This document shows, in pieces, positions 46,467 to 56,170 of a stretch of 64,000 nucleotides of DNA (within the stretch, counting starts at the first letter, position 1; each line of letters starts with the position of its first letter). The stretch comes from Candidatus Magasanikiibacteriota bacterium (GTDB lineage Bacteria; Patescibacteriota; Patescibacteriia; Magasanikbacterales; GWA2-37-8). The stretch lies in the NCBI GenBank assembly GCA_030650025.1, contig JAUSEN010000007.1:9472-73471 (forward strand). The letters are read 5' to 3'. Both the position numbers and the translations under genes were made by a program. A model generated the notes under the pieces. That model had not been told where the DNA came from and did not search any database. It worked only from the letters and a program-made list of their open reading frames with translations.

Positions 46467-46674
46467 AGAGGTATGAAAAGTTATTCAAAAGCCGCTAGTC
46501 ACAAAGGCAAAACAGCGTATCGTACTCCCAGCCGTTGGCTTTCTGGAAGGCCCGAGGCGTTTAAACAAACACCGGGCACTAAAATTAATAATGGGAGATA
46601 TTTTCCGCCCAAGGCGGACCAGCCGTGGGCTGGGAAGAAAATTGGCAAAGCGTTTTAGAATTTACAATATAACT

Positions 46675-47397
46675 ATGCCGGTGTTAAGAAATAAAATAAA
46701 AAAGATTAATAACAAAACAGGTTATAAAATTTTATCTGTCGGCGGTTCGATTATTATTCCGCCGACTGGTTTTGATATTGGTTTTTTAAAGAAATTTAGG
46801 GCTTTGATTTTGAGCGAGGTTAAAAAGGGTCAGAAGTTTATTTTGGTCATTGGCGGCGGGGCCACGTGCCGTCAGTATCAAAAAGCAGCGGGGGCGGCAG
46901 TACCGATGACGGATAGGGACTTAGATTGGCTTGGTATTAAGACCACGGTTTTGAACGCGGAATTTGTGAAAGCGTTATTTAAAGATTACGCGTACGAAGA
47001 AGTCGCGGTTAACCCTACTAAAAAAGTTAAAACTACTCGGCCCATTATTATTGCGGCGGGCTGGAAGCCGGGGTGCAGTACGGATAAAGACGCCGTGCTT
47101 TTAGCTAAGACATATGGGGCGACAGAAGTGATAAATTTATCAAATGTTGACTATGTGTACAACAGCGACCCGAAGAAAAATAAGAATGCCAAAAAATTGA
47201 CGCGCCTCACTTGGGGAGAGCTTAAGAAAATTGTGGGTACCAAATGGCAACCGGGCGCGAACGTGCCGTTTGACCCGAGCGCCGCGCGCTTAGCGCAAAA
47301 GCTTGGTTTGGTAGTAAAATTCGCGCGGGGGACGGACGTTAAGACGATCTCAAGAATTTTAAATGGAGATAGCACTCTCGGGACGGTAATTAGCTGA
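46675..47397 (+). CDS. Amino-acid-kinase family protein, a UMP-kinase-like (archaeal-type PyrH-like) candidate
   Basis: ILSVGGSII ... LVIGGGATCRQY resembles the glycine-rich loops of the AAK fold. The ATG at 46675 is preferred over the track start. Confidence 0.45.
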   Translation: MPVLRNKIKKINNKTGYKILSVGGSIIIPPTGFDIGFLKKFRALILSEVKKGQKFILVIGGGATCRQYQKAAGAAVPMTDRDLDWLGIKTTVLNAEFVKALFKDYAYEEVAVNPTKKVKTTRPIIIAAGWKPGCSTDKDAVLLAKTYGATEVINLSNVDYVYNSDPKKNKNAKKLTRLTWGELKKIVGTKWQPGANVPFDPSAARLAQKLGLVVKFARGTDVKTISRILNGDSTLGTVIS

Positions 47398-47401
47398 ACG
47401 C

Positions 47402-47430
47402 TTGACAGAAATCTTACTTTTTTGTATACT
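47402..47430 (+). promoter_or_regulatory. Sigma70 promoter TTGACA-N17-TATACT driving the rplJ leader
   Basis: TTGACAgaaatcttacttttttgTATACT. Confidence 0.55.
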
Positions 47431-47437
47431 GATTTCA

Positions 47438-47764
47438 CCATAGACAGCCCCGACGCGAGTCGGGGTCCCGCTTAGGCGGGACAGGCGTCCGAAAGGACTT
47501 AATTGCCGTAAGGCCCCTGCCGAGGCAAACTACCCGGTTTTGAATGAACGAAGATATTCTTCGCTTCGCTCAGAATGACAGTAGGGCAAAGTCGAAGTTT
47601 TGCTTACAGCTGTGGTTGAAAAACCACTTTTTTGTTAACTATCGAAATTTTGGAGTTGTAAGACGAACAAAATTTCGCTATAGTTAACAATCCCGCCGTA
47701 TGGCGGGATGCTCAGAGTTGTAGCGAATTTTATCGCTACACTCAAAATTAGACAACTCTGGCAT
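47438..47764 (+). promoter_or_regulatory. Long structured 5' leader of rplJ-rplL, a candidate L10(L12)4 autoregulatory leader
   Basis: An approximately 330-nt untranslated region with several hairpins: CCCCGACGCGAGTCGGGG, CCCGCTTAGGCGGG, CCCGCCGTATGGCGGG and TAGCGAATTTTATCGCTA. Confidence 0.45.
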
Positions 47765-48289
47765 ATGCCAAAATCAAAAACAGAGAAAAAAGACACAGTG
47801 GCGGCGCTGGTTAGCGGCATCAAAAGCGCCAAAGGCGTGGTGTTTGCCAACTTCCAAGGCCTAACCGTGGCCCAAACCGAAGCCCTGCGGAAAGAGTGCC
47901 GCCAAGCCAACATTACCGTGCTCGCGGCCAAAAAAACTTTGGTCAAGCGCGCTTTGGAAGAAGTTGGTTTGGGTGACGTCGCTACCAACAATTTTAAGGG
48001 CGGCGTGGCCGCTTTTATGGGCCAGAGCGACGAAATCGCTCCCGCCAAAGTGATCGCAACTTTTGCCAAGAAAGCCGAACTAGTAACATTTTTTGGCGGC
48101 ATTTTGGAAGGCAAATTTATCGACGCCGCCATGGTTAAGAGTTTGTCGGCCTTGCCGAGCAAATTGGAATTGCTTACCAAAATGGTGGGCTCGCTTAATG
48201 CTCCGATATTGGGTTTTGTTAATGTGAACGCGGGTATTGTGCGTTCACTTCTCAACGTGCTCAATAATCTGCAGAAAGCCAAAGCTTAA
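47765..48289 (+). CDS. rplJ: 50S ribosomal protein L10
   Basis: [47 protein letters not shown]. The ATG at 47765 is preferred. Confidence 0.85.
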   Translation: MPKSKTEKKDTVAALVSGIKSAKGVVFANFQGLTVAQTEALRKECRQANITVLAAKKTLVKRALEEVGLGDVATNNFKGGVAAFMGQSDEIAPAKVIATFAKKAELVTFFGGILEGKFIDAAMVKSLSALPSKLELLTKMVGSLNAPILGFVNVNAGIVRSLLNVLNNLQKAKA

Positions 48290-48309
48290 ATCAAATTAAT
48301 AACAATCGT

Positions 48310-48684
48310 ATGTCCGATAAATTACAAACTATTATTACGGAAGTAGAAAAACTTACGGTATTGGAACTTGCCGAATTAGTTAAGGCGATGGAAGAGAAGT
48401 TTGGCGTTTCGGCCGCGGCCCCGGCCATGATGATGGCCGCGCCCGGAGCCGCCGCGCCAGCCGCCGAAGAGAAAACCGAATTCGACGTGGAACTCACTGA
48501 AGTGGGTCCTAACAAGATCAATGTCATCAAAGCAGTTAAAGAAGTAACCGGGCTCGGTTTAGCCGATGCCAAAGCCATCGTGGATGGCGCGCCTAAGGTA
48601 GTTAAAGCCGGTGTTAAAAAAGAAGAAGCCGAAACCATGAAGAAAAAGATTGAAGAAGCCGGCGGTAAAGCGACACTTAAATAA
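48310..48684 (+). CDS. rplL: 50S ribosomal protein L7/L12
   Basis: N-terminal dimerisation helix, an Ala/Pro hinge ([21 protein letters not shown]), and a C-terminal domain ...[35 protein letters not shown]. Confidence 0.9.
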   Translation: MSDKLQTIITEVEKLTVLELAELVKAMEEKFGVSAAAPAMMMAAPGAAAPAAEEKTEFDVELTEVGPNKINVIKAVKEVTGLGLADAKAIVDGAPKVVKAGVKKEEAETMKKKIEEAGGKATLK

Positions 48685-48692
48685 TTTTAATA

Positions 48693-48727
48693 AAAAAGGC
48701 ACCCGCTTAGCGAGTGCCTTTTTTATT
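48693..48727. terminator. Rho-independent terminator after rplL
   Basis: AAAAAA-GGCACCCGCTTAGCGAGTGCC-TTTTTTATTT. Confidence 0.75.
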
Positions 48728-48749
48728 TATAAAATTTTTAGATAGTTTT

Positions 48750-51035
48750 CTAAATTGGCAAATTGATTTTGAATAATTTACCGGAATCTAAAATATAAGC
48801 GGTTTTGTTAGGTTCGTCTACAGCGAGGCCAGTCGGATAGGCAAATTCGGTAGCGACCAGCTGGGCTTTAAAGCGCCCGTCTTTTTCGAGAATCACCAAA
48901 CGTTTTAAAGTTGTGTCCAAGACGTATAAGTAAGCAACGTCGTTATAAGAATAAATAGCGCCCGTGCCGGAAATAGCCGGGTCTAAACCGCTGACTGTGA
49001 ACGAGGCGTTGACGCCGCCAGTATGCTTGGCAATTTGTCCGTTATTTAAGAGCGCGAATAAGTCGCCATCAATGGTAAAACCGGAAGCATTTTTTAAGTT
49101 TTCGTCTGGTTTATCGAGCCACTCTTTACCGAGGCCAAATCCGGTTTTAGTGGCGTCATGGCGATAAATCTGGCCCAGGCTTTTGTCCAAAGAGTAAAGC
49201 CGGCGATTATAAACCAAGGCCGAGCCGATATTAGGGTGTTCGCTCTCAAAACCCACCTCGATTGGCTTAGTGCTGTTGTCCGAGGGGCTAAGCGTAATCG
49301 CCTCGCCCCGGTTGTTAAGCAAGACCGCGTAGTCATTTTCTTTAGGCACGGCGCCGGCGACAAACCCGCCATAGATTTGGTTTTGGGGCAAAATTTTGGT
49401 GGCGCGGCTGAACAAATCGAACAAGTAAAGATCAGTAGAGGTGGCGGCAAAAGAAAATAGTTTATTGGAAATTTTTATCAGCTGGCTGGTGTTGTTATTA
49501 CCCCAGTTGGTGAGAAGCTCGGGCTGAACAATGGTAATTTTTCTAGCCTTGAGAAGCAAGACATCGAGAGCGTTTTGCAGTTCGGCGCAAGTGGCCGCTT
49601 TTTCCTTATTGTCGCAAGCCAAATTTTTGAGAAGCTCCCGAGCTTCGGAGACTTCATTTAAGGCGGCGGATTCATTTTTGTACACCAGCGAGCTTTCGGC
49701 CGCTTCTTTTTTGGTAGTGATTTGGCGCAGATTATCTTGGTACACGGCTTCGCGCGCGGCGCTGATTTGTACCGAGCGTAAATAGATTAAACTGCCTACA
49801 AAGGTTAAGGAGATAAGAATAGCGCCGGCAATGATTATTTTTGTAATGATAGGCAGTTCGGCTAGAGAGCGTTTGTAAAAACGCCATTGCCGGAGCCAAT
49901 CTTCCAAAATTATTTGGCGGCGGCCGCGTAAATTCGCAGCCACGACGAACAGAAGAGCCAAGGCGCGCCCGATTTTTCCAATTACTAGCAGAATAATTTG
50001 TAAGCCAATCCAGAGCCCGCGCAGAGCGAGGCGGCCGGCGGCGAGTAAAAACTCTGTCAGCGTATCCCAAGCGCTGGTGAGGCCGGTCGCTTCAGAGCTA
50101 TCAGGGCGGTGTTTTTCCAAACGGTGAACGTGGGCGGCGCGGATTTCGGCAGAATTGAAATCCGATTGTTTAGCGGTAAATTCCGCTTGGCTCGGCACAG
50201 CCGCAAACTGGCTGGCGGTGAGCCGGGCTTTCATTTTGTTAAAAAGGGTGGGAGAGAGCGTGGCCGAAGTATTGGATTCGGTGTTAAACATGGTTTTAAG
50301 AGATTCGGCGGAACCGCCCGCGGCCGTGGGCCGTGATTTTTTTAGCTCTGATTTTTGGGTAGCCTCGGCAAGGTGAATAATTAAACCACCAAAGGAAAAC
50401 TCGCTCCGCAGTTCTTTGAGAACTCTTTCCAGGTGCTCGGCGCTTTGCCGGGCGGAACGAGTGGTGATTATTTTTTCTAGTCGGTCGCCGGTAAAGAAAT
50501 TATTAACATGAGGCGTGGCGGCAAACAGGAAGTCGTTGGGGCTAATTTTGCCCTGGACAATTTGAGAGAACAGCTCCTGGCCTTCGCCGGAGTTTTCCCC
50601 GCCGGGAGCCTCTAACAAATTGAGGGAGCGAAATAGCCCTTGGCGATTTTTATAAAATAAGAGCAGGGTGGGGGAGCCGCAAGTGGAAAAAATAATTTCT
50701 GGCTGGCGAATAGCGCCCACCAAGCAGTTTAGCGCCACTCCTTCGGAAAGAAGAGCGCTCGCGCGCTGGTTGATTTTTTCTAGGGCTAATTCGAGGGAGT
50801 TTTTTTCACTATGATCCGAGAGCGCGTAGTAGTTAGTTTCAATTTCGTCGATGGTAGCTTGGATAGACGCAATGTAGGGAGCCGAGCCGCGATTAATTTC
50901 GCAAATAGCAAAAAAATAGCCTTTGCGTTTTTCTTCCTCGGTAGAGGGTTCGGTAATGTGCAAAAGGACGTGGGAGATATTTTGGTTGCCACCCTCAACA
51001 AAAAATTCGTTAAGAGTTAGGCGTGGTTCGGCCAT
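48750..51035 (-). CDS. Large hypothetical membrane protein (761 aa) with a C-terminal beta-propeller-like region
   Basis: Long ORF with central TM helices (LWIGLQIILLVIGKIG, IIIAGAILISLTFVGSLIYL). No catalytic motif recognised. Confidence 0.45.
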   Translation of the reverse strand: MAEPRLTLNEFFVEGGNQNISHVLLHITEPSTEEEKRKGYFFAICEINRGSAPYIASIQATIDEIETNYYALSDHSEKNSLELALEKINQRASALLSEGVALNCLVGAIRQPEIIFSTCGSPTLLLFYKNRQGLFRSLNLLEAPGGENSGEGQELFSQIVQGKISPNDFLFAATPHVNNFFTGDRLEKIITTRSARQSAEHLERVLKELRSEFSFGGLIIHLAEATQKSELKKSRPTAAGGSAESLKTMFNTESNTSATLSPTLFNKMKARLTASQFAAVPSQAEFTAKQSDFNSAEIRAAHVHRLEKHRPDSSEATGLTSAWDTLTEFLLAAGRLALRGLWIGLQIILLVIGKIGRALALLFVVAANLRGRRQIILEDWLRQWRFYKRSLAELPIITKIIIAGAILISLTFVGSLIYLRSVQISAAREAVYQDNLRQITTKKEAAESSLVYKNESAALNEVSEARELLKNLACDNKEKAATCAELQNALDVLLLKARKITIVQPELLTNWGNNNTSQLIKISNKLFSFAATSTDLYLFDLFSRATKILPQNQIYGGFVAGAVPKENDYAVLLNNRGEAITLSPSDNSTKPIEVGFESEHPNIGSALVYNRRLYSLDKSLGQIYRHDATKTGFGLGKEWLDKPDENLKNASGFTIDGDLFALLNNGQIAKHTGGVNASFTVSGLDPAISGTGAIYSYNDVAYLYVLDTTLKRLVILEKDGRFKAQLVATEFAYPTGLAVDEPNKTAYILDSGKLFKINLPI

Positions 51036-51119
51036 AAAAGCGATATTTTTGACTTTTAACCGTAAAATTATTATACTATAGGGTAATAATAAAGTCTATA
51101 TTAATCGCTGTCAAATCGT

Positions 51120-51716
51120 ATGCTTGAACACCTATTTGGTTCAAAGACTAGAGTAAAATTGCTGCAAATTTTTTTTCGCCACCCCAGCAAGCCATTTTTT
51201 GGCCGTGAGCTAGCGCGCCTCTCCGGGACCCAGCTGAACGCCGTGCGCCGCGAGATTTTAAACCTGTTCACGCTCCATCTAATACAAGCGGTGGATGCTA
51301 AAAATGTACCAGACACAGATTTAGGCACGGAGCGCTCTAAGTATTACCAGCTTAATATTTTAAGCCCGCTTTACCAAGAGCTCAAGGCGCTTTTGGTGCA
51401 GGCGGCGGTAATTGAAGAAGAAGAGTTTGTCGCGACTGTTAAAGCGCGCGCCGGTAAAGTGGTCTTAATGGTGTTGACCGGCGTTTTTACGGAGGCGGAT
51501 GAAGTGGACACGGACTTACTGATTGTGGGCCAGGTGAAACCGCTGGTCTTAACTAAGTTAATTAAAAAATTTGAAAAAGATAACGGGCGGCAAATTCGCT
51601 ACACCATTATGAGCGCTAAAGAATTCCAGGAGCGGCGGGAAATTGGCGATAAATTTTTATATCGTATTTTTGAAGCCAAACACTTGGTAGCCGTGGACGA
51701 AATGCGGGTTTTTTAG
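51120..51716 (+). CDS. Hypothetical protein with an N-terminal winged-helix-like region, a putative transcriptional regulator
   Basis: LFGSKTRVKLLQIFF...FFGRELARLSGTQLNAVRREILNL resembles a wHTH regulator N-terminus. The start is in the TCAAATCGTATG context. Confidence 0.4.
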   Translation: MLEHLFGSKTRVKLLQIFFRHPSKPFFGRELARLSGTQLNAVRREILNLFTLHLIQAVDAKNVPDTDLGTERSKYYQLNILSPLYQELKALLVQAAVIEEEEFVATVKARAGKVVLMVLTGVFTEADEVDTDLLIVGQVKPLVLTKLIKKFEKDNGRQIRYTIMSAKEFQERREIGDKFLYRIFEAKHLVAVDEMRVF

Positions 51717-51718
51717 GT

Positions 51719-52102
51719 ATGCAGGTTATTATTGATAATTCAGAAGAAGCCGAGGCGCGTTTTGGTTTTAAAGCCAATAACGAGTGGGCGGCGGTAACAT
51801 TGCCGCGTGAGAAGAAGAGTCTCCTCGAGATTTTTAGTTTGGCTTTAAAAAATCGCGATCAGAGTTTTAGGGATATTACGCATCTCGCAGTGGTGGTTAG
51901 TCGGGGGCGGTTTACGGCCGAGCGGGTAGCGGTGGTTATGGCTAACGCCCTGGCACTGGCTTTAAAAATACGCTTAGTAAAAGTTAATGATTTTGATTTT
52001 ACAGCGGCAGACCAAGCGCTCGCCGCGGCTCAATTTGGCTATCTTTTGCCAGAGTATAGCACGGGTGTTCATATCAATGGCGCAGTAAAGCATGCTATCT
52101 GA
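51719..52102 (+). CDS. Hypothetical protein (127 aa)
   Basis: ORF only. Confidence 0.35.
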   Translation: MQVIIDNSEEAEARFGFKANNEWAAVTLPREKKSLLEIFSLALKNRDQSFRDITHLAVVVSRGRFTAERVAVVMANALALALKIRLVKVNDFDFTAADQALAAAQFGYLLPEYSTGVHINGAVKHAI

Positions 52103-53579
52103 TTATCAGCGTTATCGATTTTACGAATGGCTGCCAGGCCTAAGCGTCTGGCTGACTTTTTTGGCGGCTTTATTATTGTCACTATTCGCGCCGCTCACCA
52201 TGATGTACGTGGTGATTATTTTTGATGTGTATTGGGTAATCAGAGTGATTTATTTTTCTTTTTACGTGCTTTTATCCTGGCGGCGTTTTCGGGCGGCGGC
52301 CCAGCAGGATTGGTTCCGGCGTTTACAAATAGAAGTTCCGGATTGGGAGAAAAAAATAAACGCGGTGTTTTTGCCGGTTTATAACGAATCGTGGGAGGTG
52401 ATTGACGCGACTCTTCAGGCCTTGGCGTTTTCCTCTTATCCCGCCAAAAAATTGTACGTAGTGATATCCGGGGAAGCGCGCCAGAACGAGCATTGGCAAG
52501 ATTTGCAAGTAAAAATTCGCGCTCGCTATGGCCAAGCTTTCGCTGATATTTTGATGTACACGCATCCGGATAATTTGCCGGACGAGATCCCCGGCAAGGG
52601 TTCTAATATTCATTATGCCGAGTGGCAGTTTAAAAATTACGCGGATAAAAAGGGGTGGGCTTATGAGAAGGTAATTCAATCGGTTTTTGACGTGGATACG
52701 GTGGCGCACCGAGAGTACTTCGCCCATCTTACGTATATGTACTCTAAGCACCCGCACCCGGAGCGGAGTTCCTTTCAGCCCGTCACACTCTACAATAATA
52801 ATTTATGGGAATCACCCGCGGCTCTGCGGATCATGGCTTTTGGCACGACGTTTTGGATGTTGTTTAGTTTGGCGCGGCTGGATAATTTGGTGACGTTCAG
52901 TTCGCATAGCATGAGTTTTAAGGCGGCGCTCGAGGTAGGCGGCCACGCTAAAAATATCATCAGCGAGGATTCGCGGATATTTTTTCAGTGCTGGTTAAAA
53001 TACCGAGGCAATTACGAAGTAACACCGCTTTATATCCCGGTGTCTATGCACACAGTGCGCGACGATAACTGGTTCACCAGCTTAAAAAATTTATATTTTC
53101 AGCAGCGGCGCTGGGCTTACGGCACGGAGCATATTCCTTTTTTGCTGTGGCAGTTTAAAAAACATCCGGAAATTTCTTGGTACAAAAAATTAGTTATTTT
53201 GTTCCATGAGTGGGAGGGCAAGTGGAGCTGGGCGGTGGTGCCAATTTTTATTACGTTTTTTGGCCGGTTGCCCCTCTGGTTTTCGGGAGAAGAGGTGCGC
53301 CGGAGCGCGTTGTTTTTTAACACACCCTATGTGCTCCAGTGGCTTATGACTATTGCCATGCTTGGGCTCGCGGTATCGCTGATCTTAAGCCTGCTGATTT
53401 TACCGGCTCGCCCCGCGGGTCACCGCCCGCATCGCTATATCTATATGCTCTTGCAGTGGGCTTTGGTGCCTGTTTCTCTCGTCTTGTTCTCGGCCGTGCC
53501 TTGCATAGACGCCATCACTCATTTAATGCGCGGCAAGTATTTAGGTTTTAACGTGTCGGCTAAAAGCCGCTCGGGGTAG
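52092..53579 (+). CDS. Processive family-2 glycosyltransferase (cellulose/chitin-synthase-like membrane synthase)
   Basis: VFLPVYNESWEV (D), DxD-like region, and a Q-x-x-RW motif (QQRRWAYGTEH), flanked by multiple TM helices. Confidence 0.65.
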   Translation: MLSDYQRYRFYEWLPGLSVWLTFLAALLLSLFAPLTMMYVVIIFDVYWVIRVIYFSFYVLLSWRRFRAAAQQDWFRRLQIEVPDWEKKINAVFLPVYNESWEVIDATLQALAFSSYPAKKLYVVISGEARQNEHWQDLQVKIRARYGQAFADILMYTHPDNLPDEIPGKGSNIHYAEWQFKNYADKKGWAYEKVIQSVFDVDTVAHREYFAHLTYMYSKHPHPERSSFQPVTLYNNNLWESPAALRIMAFGTTFWMLFSLARLDNLVTFSSHSMSFKAALEVGGHAKNIISEDSRIFFQCWLKYRGNYEVTPLYIPVSMHTVRDDNWFTSLKNLYFQQRRWAYGTEHIPFLLWQFKKHPEISWYKKLVILFHEWEGKWSWAVVPIFITFFGRLPLWFSGEEVRRSALFFNTPYVLQWLMTIAMLGLAVSLILSLLILPARPAGHRPHRYIYMLLQWALVPVSLVLFSAVPCIDAITHLMRGKYLGFNVSAKSRSG

Positions 53580-53619
53580 TACAGACAGTGGCTTTAGGGT
53601 ACAATAGAGGCAAATTAGT

Positions 53620-55068
53620 ATGTACAAAAAAATTAAAATTATTTTGTTGGTTGGGGTGGGGGCGGTTTTGTTATTGGTAGCGGGAGCGGTTGGCTATGGG
53701 TTTTGGTTTTTTAAGCAAGCGGCTTTACCCGAGGGGCTTGTGAGCCGAGCCGTACAAGGCATCACAGACGATAAGGCCAGCGCGGAAGCCTTCGCTCATT
53801 CGTTTTTGGGTTTTGACAGGCCTAAAACTTATTTGATTTTGTTTTTAAATAATACCGAAATCAGACCCGGGGGCGGTTTTATTGGCGCTTACGCGGTCAT
53901 GACCATGAACCGGGGTCGGCCGACTTTAGTTAAACTCGAGGGGACAGAGCTTTTGGATAATAGCGCGAAGCGCGAGCGCCTGCCATTGCCGCCGGCAGTT
54001 TTAGAGCAATATTTAAAAGTGAGCCGGTGGTATTTTCGCGACAGCAATTGGAGCCCGGATTTTGCCTCGTCGAGCGCTTTTGGTCTTGAGGTATACTCTT
54101 TAGAGCAGGGGACATTGGCCAATAAAATAGACAGCGTGATTGGCTTTACGCCTACAGTGATGGAAGAATTTTTGCGCCTTACTGGGCCGGTAAAGTTTGG
54201 CGATTTAGAGTTTAACGCGACCAATTTTACGGAGCGGCTCGAATACGAAGTGGAAAAGGGCTATGCGCGGAAAGGCAAAACTACCAGCGAACGCAAGGAT
54301 ATTATCAGAGAATTGGCCAAAGCCATGATTAGCAAGCTCAAGTTTGATATTTGGTTAAATTATTCCACCTATTTGCGTTTAGCGAAAAGGATGTTGGCGG
54401 AAAAACAAATTGTGTTTTATTCGCCTCACCCGGAAACGCAAGCGGCCATCGAGCAAGCTAATTGGGGCGGGAGAGTAAAGGCGACGAATGGTGACTATTT
54501 ACTTTGGGCAGACGCTAACCTCGGGGCGCTTAAAACCGACCACGCGATTGTCCGGAGCTTAAATTATCAGGTATTCCGAACCACCACTGGGTTTTTAGCG
54601 CAGACGACCATGGTTTTTGAACATACTCAAGAGCGAGACTGGCGCACGTCAATTTACCGAGATTACGCGCGTGTTTTTGTGCCGCGCGGCAGTAGGATTT
54701 TAAGCGTTTCAAGCGACCAATTATTTAGTAACCAACGCGCCACTACCACTTATGACTTTGGGCAAGAGAGCGGTAAAACTTGGTTTGGCGCTTATTTTAC
54801 AGTTGATTATAAATCAAAGCGAGCCATTACTTTTACTTATATTTTGCCAACCAGCACGGTTTGGGGCGGAGCCGAGGGGAAGGAATATGATTTATTGGTG
54901 CAAAAACAAATTGGGACCAAGGCAGTGCCGTTGACAGTAGCGCTTAAGTTTGATAAAGCAGTAGTGGCGTCTCGCCCGCCGGCCAACTTCCCCGGGCAAA
55001 AAATTAATGAGTATAAAGTTGCCACCGACTTATCTCAAGACAGAATGTTTAATTTAAGAGTTGAATAG
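53620..55068 (+). CDS. DUF4012-like membrane-anchored protein
   Basis: N-terminal TM helix, then the block NNTEIRPGGGFIGAYAVMTMNRGRPTLVKLEGTELLDNS typical of DUF4012 proteins found next to cell-envelope glycan loci. Confidence 0.4.
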   Translation: MYKKIKIILLVGVGAVLLLVAGAVGYGFWFFKQAALPEGLVSRAVQGITDDKASAEAFAHSFLGFDRPKTYLILFLNNTEIRPGGGFIGAYAVMTMNRGRPTLVKLEGTELLDNSAKRERLPLPPAVLEQYLKVSRWYFRDSNWSPDFASSSAFGLEVYSLEQGTLANKIDSVIGFTPTVMEEFLRLTGPVKFGDLEFNATNFTERLEYEVEKGYARKGKTTSERKDIIRELAKAMISKLKFDIWLNYSTYLRLAKRMLAEKQIVFYSPHPETQAAIEQANWGGRVKATNGDYLLWADANLGALKTDHAIVRSLNYQVFRTTTGFLAQTTMVFEHTQERDWRTSIYRDYARVFVPRGSRILSVSSDQLFSNQRATTTYDFGQESGKTWFGAYFTVDYKSKRAITFTYILPTSTVWGGAEGKEYDLLVQKQIGTKAVPLTVALKFDKAVVASRPPANFPGQKINEYKVATDLSQDRMFNLRVE

Positions 55069-55080
55069 TGGTCAAATCGT

Positions 55081-56088
55081 ATGTTTATTAGGAAAATTGG
55101 AATAGATCTCGGGACTAAAAATGTTTTGGTGTATGTGCCGAAAAAGGGCATTGTTTTGAATGAGCCGAGCGTGGTGGCGGTTTCCAAGGCTGACGGCAAG
55201 GTTTTGGCGGTAGGGTTAGAAGCGCGAGATATGATTGGCCGCACGCCGGACACGATTGTGGCCGAGCGGCCGCTGAAGGACGGCGTGATTGCCAGCTACA
55301 AAACTACCGAGGCGATGCTCCGGTATTTTATCAACAAAGCTTTGGGTGGGGTGCGTTTGTTTCGACCTGAAGTAATGGTGGCAGTACCGGGGGGGATTAC
55401 TTCTACCGAGCGCCGCGCGGTTATTGAAGCCACTATTTCGGCCGGCGCCAGAGCCGCTTATATTATTAAAGAGGCGATTGTGGCGGCAATCGGCGCGGAT
55501 ATTCCCATTGGCGCGGCGAGCGGATACATGATTATAGATATTGGCGGAGGGACGGCGGAAATCGCCGTAATTTCACTCGGCGGGGTGGTCTCCAGCGGCT
55601 CGGTGCGTATCGGCGGCACGAAGTTCGATCAATCAATTGTTGATTATATCCGCCATAAATATAATCTAGCGATTGGCGAGCGCACCGCCGAAGAGGTCAA
55701 AATCGCGGTCGGCTCGGCGATGTTTATGGACAAGCCCCTCCGGAGCGATGTCAAGGGCCGCGATATGGTGACCGGGCTCCCGCGCGTAGCAAACGTGAGT
55801 TCGGATGACACGACCGAGGCTTTGCAACATGATTTGGAGTTGTTAGTTACGGCTATTAAAGAAGTATTACACAAAACACCGCCCGAGCTCTCGGCCGATG
55901 TTATGGACAAAGGCATTATTCTTTCGGGCGGGTCAGCCTTGCTCCGGAATTTAGATGAACTGATCGCGCAAGCCACGGGCGTGCCGACGTATGTGGCCGA
56001 TGAGCCGCTCCTGTGCGTCGCGAAAGGCACGGGCATCGCGCTCGAGAACCTCGAGAGTTATAAGCGCAGTATTTTAGCGACGCGATAA
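55081..56088 (+). CDS. mreB: Rod-shape-determining protein MreB
   Basis: IGIDLGTKNVLVYV phosphate-1 motif and the actin-fold blocks. The start is in the TCAAATCGTATG context. Confidence 0.9.
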   Translation: MFIRKIGIDLGTKNVLVYVPKKGIVLNEPSVVAVSKADGKVLAVGLEARDMIGRTPDTIVAERPLKDGVIASYKTTEAMLRYFINKALGGVRLFRPEVMVAVPGGITSTERRAVIEATISAGARAAYIIKEAIVAAIGADIPIGAASGYMIIDIGGGTAEIAVISLGGVVSSGSVRIGGTKFDQSIVDYIRHKYNLAIGERTAEEVKIAVGSAMFMDKPLRSDVKGRDMVTGLPRVANVSSDDTTEALQHDLELLVTAIKEVLHKTPPELSADVMDKGIILSGGSALLRNLDELIAQATGVPTYVADEPLLCVAKGTGIALENLESYKRSILATR

Positions 56089-56170
56089 AAGCCGCCCCCT
56101 AGGTTTGTAAAAAATTGGTATTTTTGGTACTATATTGGTAGTAAAAGACTCTTTAACAGGCGTCTATTTT

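Noticed and set aside
46473-46658. 61-aa basic ORF between the DUF360 gene and the amino-acid-kinase gene
   Set aside because: It overlaps the 5' extension of the kinase ORF and has no recognisable ribosomal-protein or other motif. Treated as doubtful.
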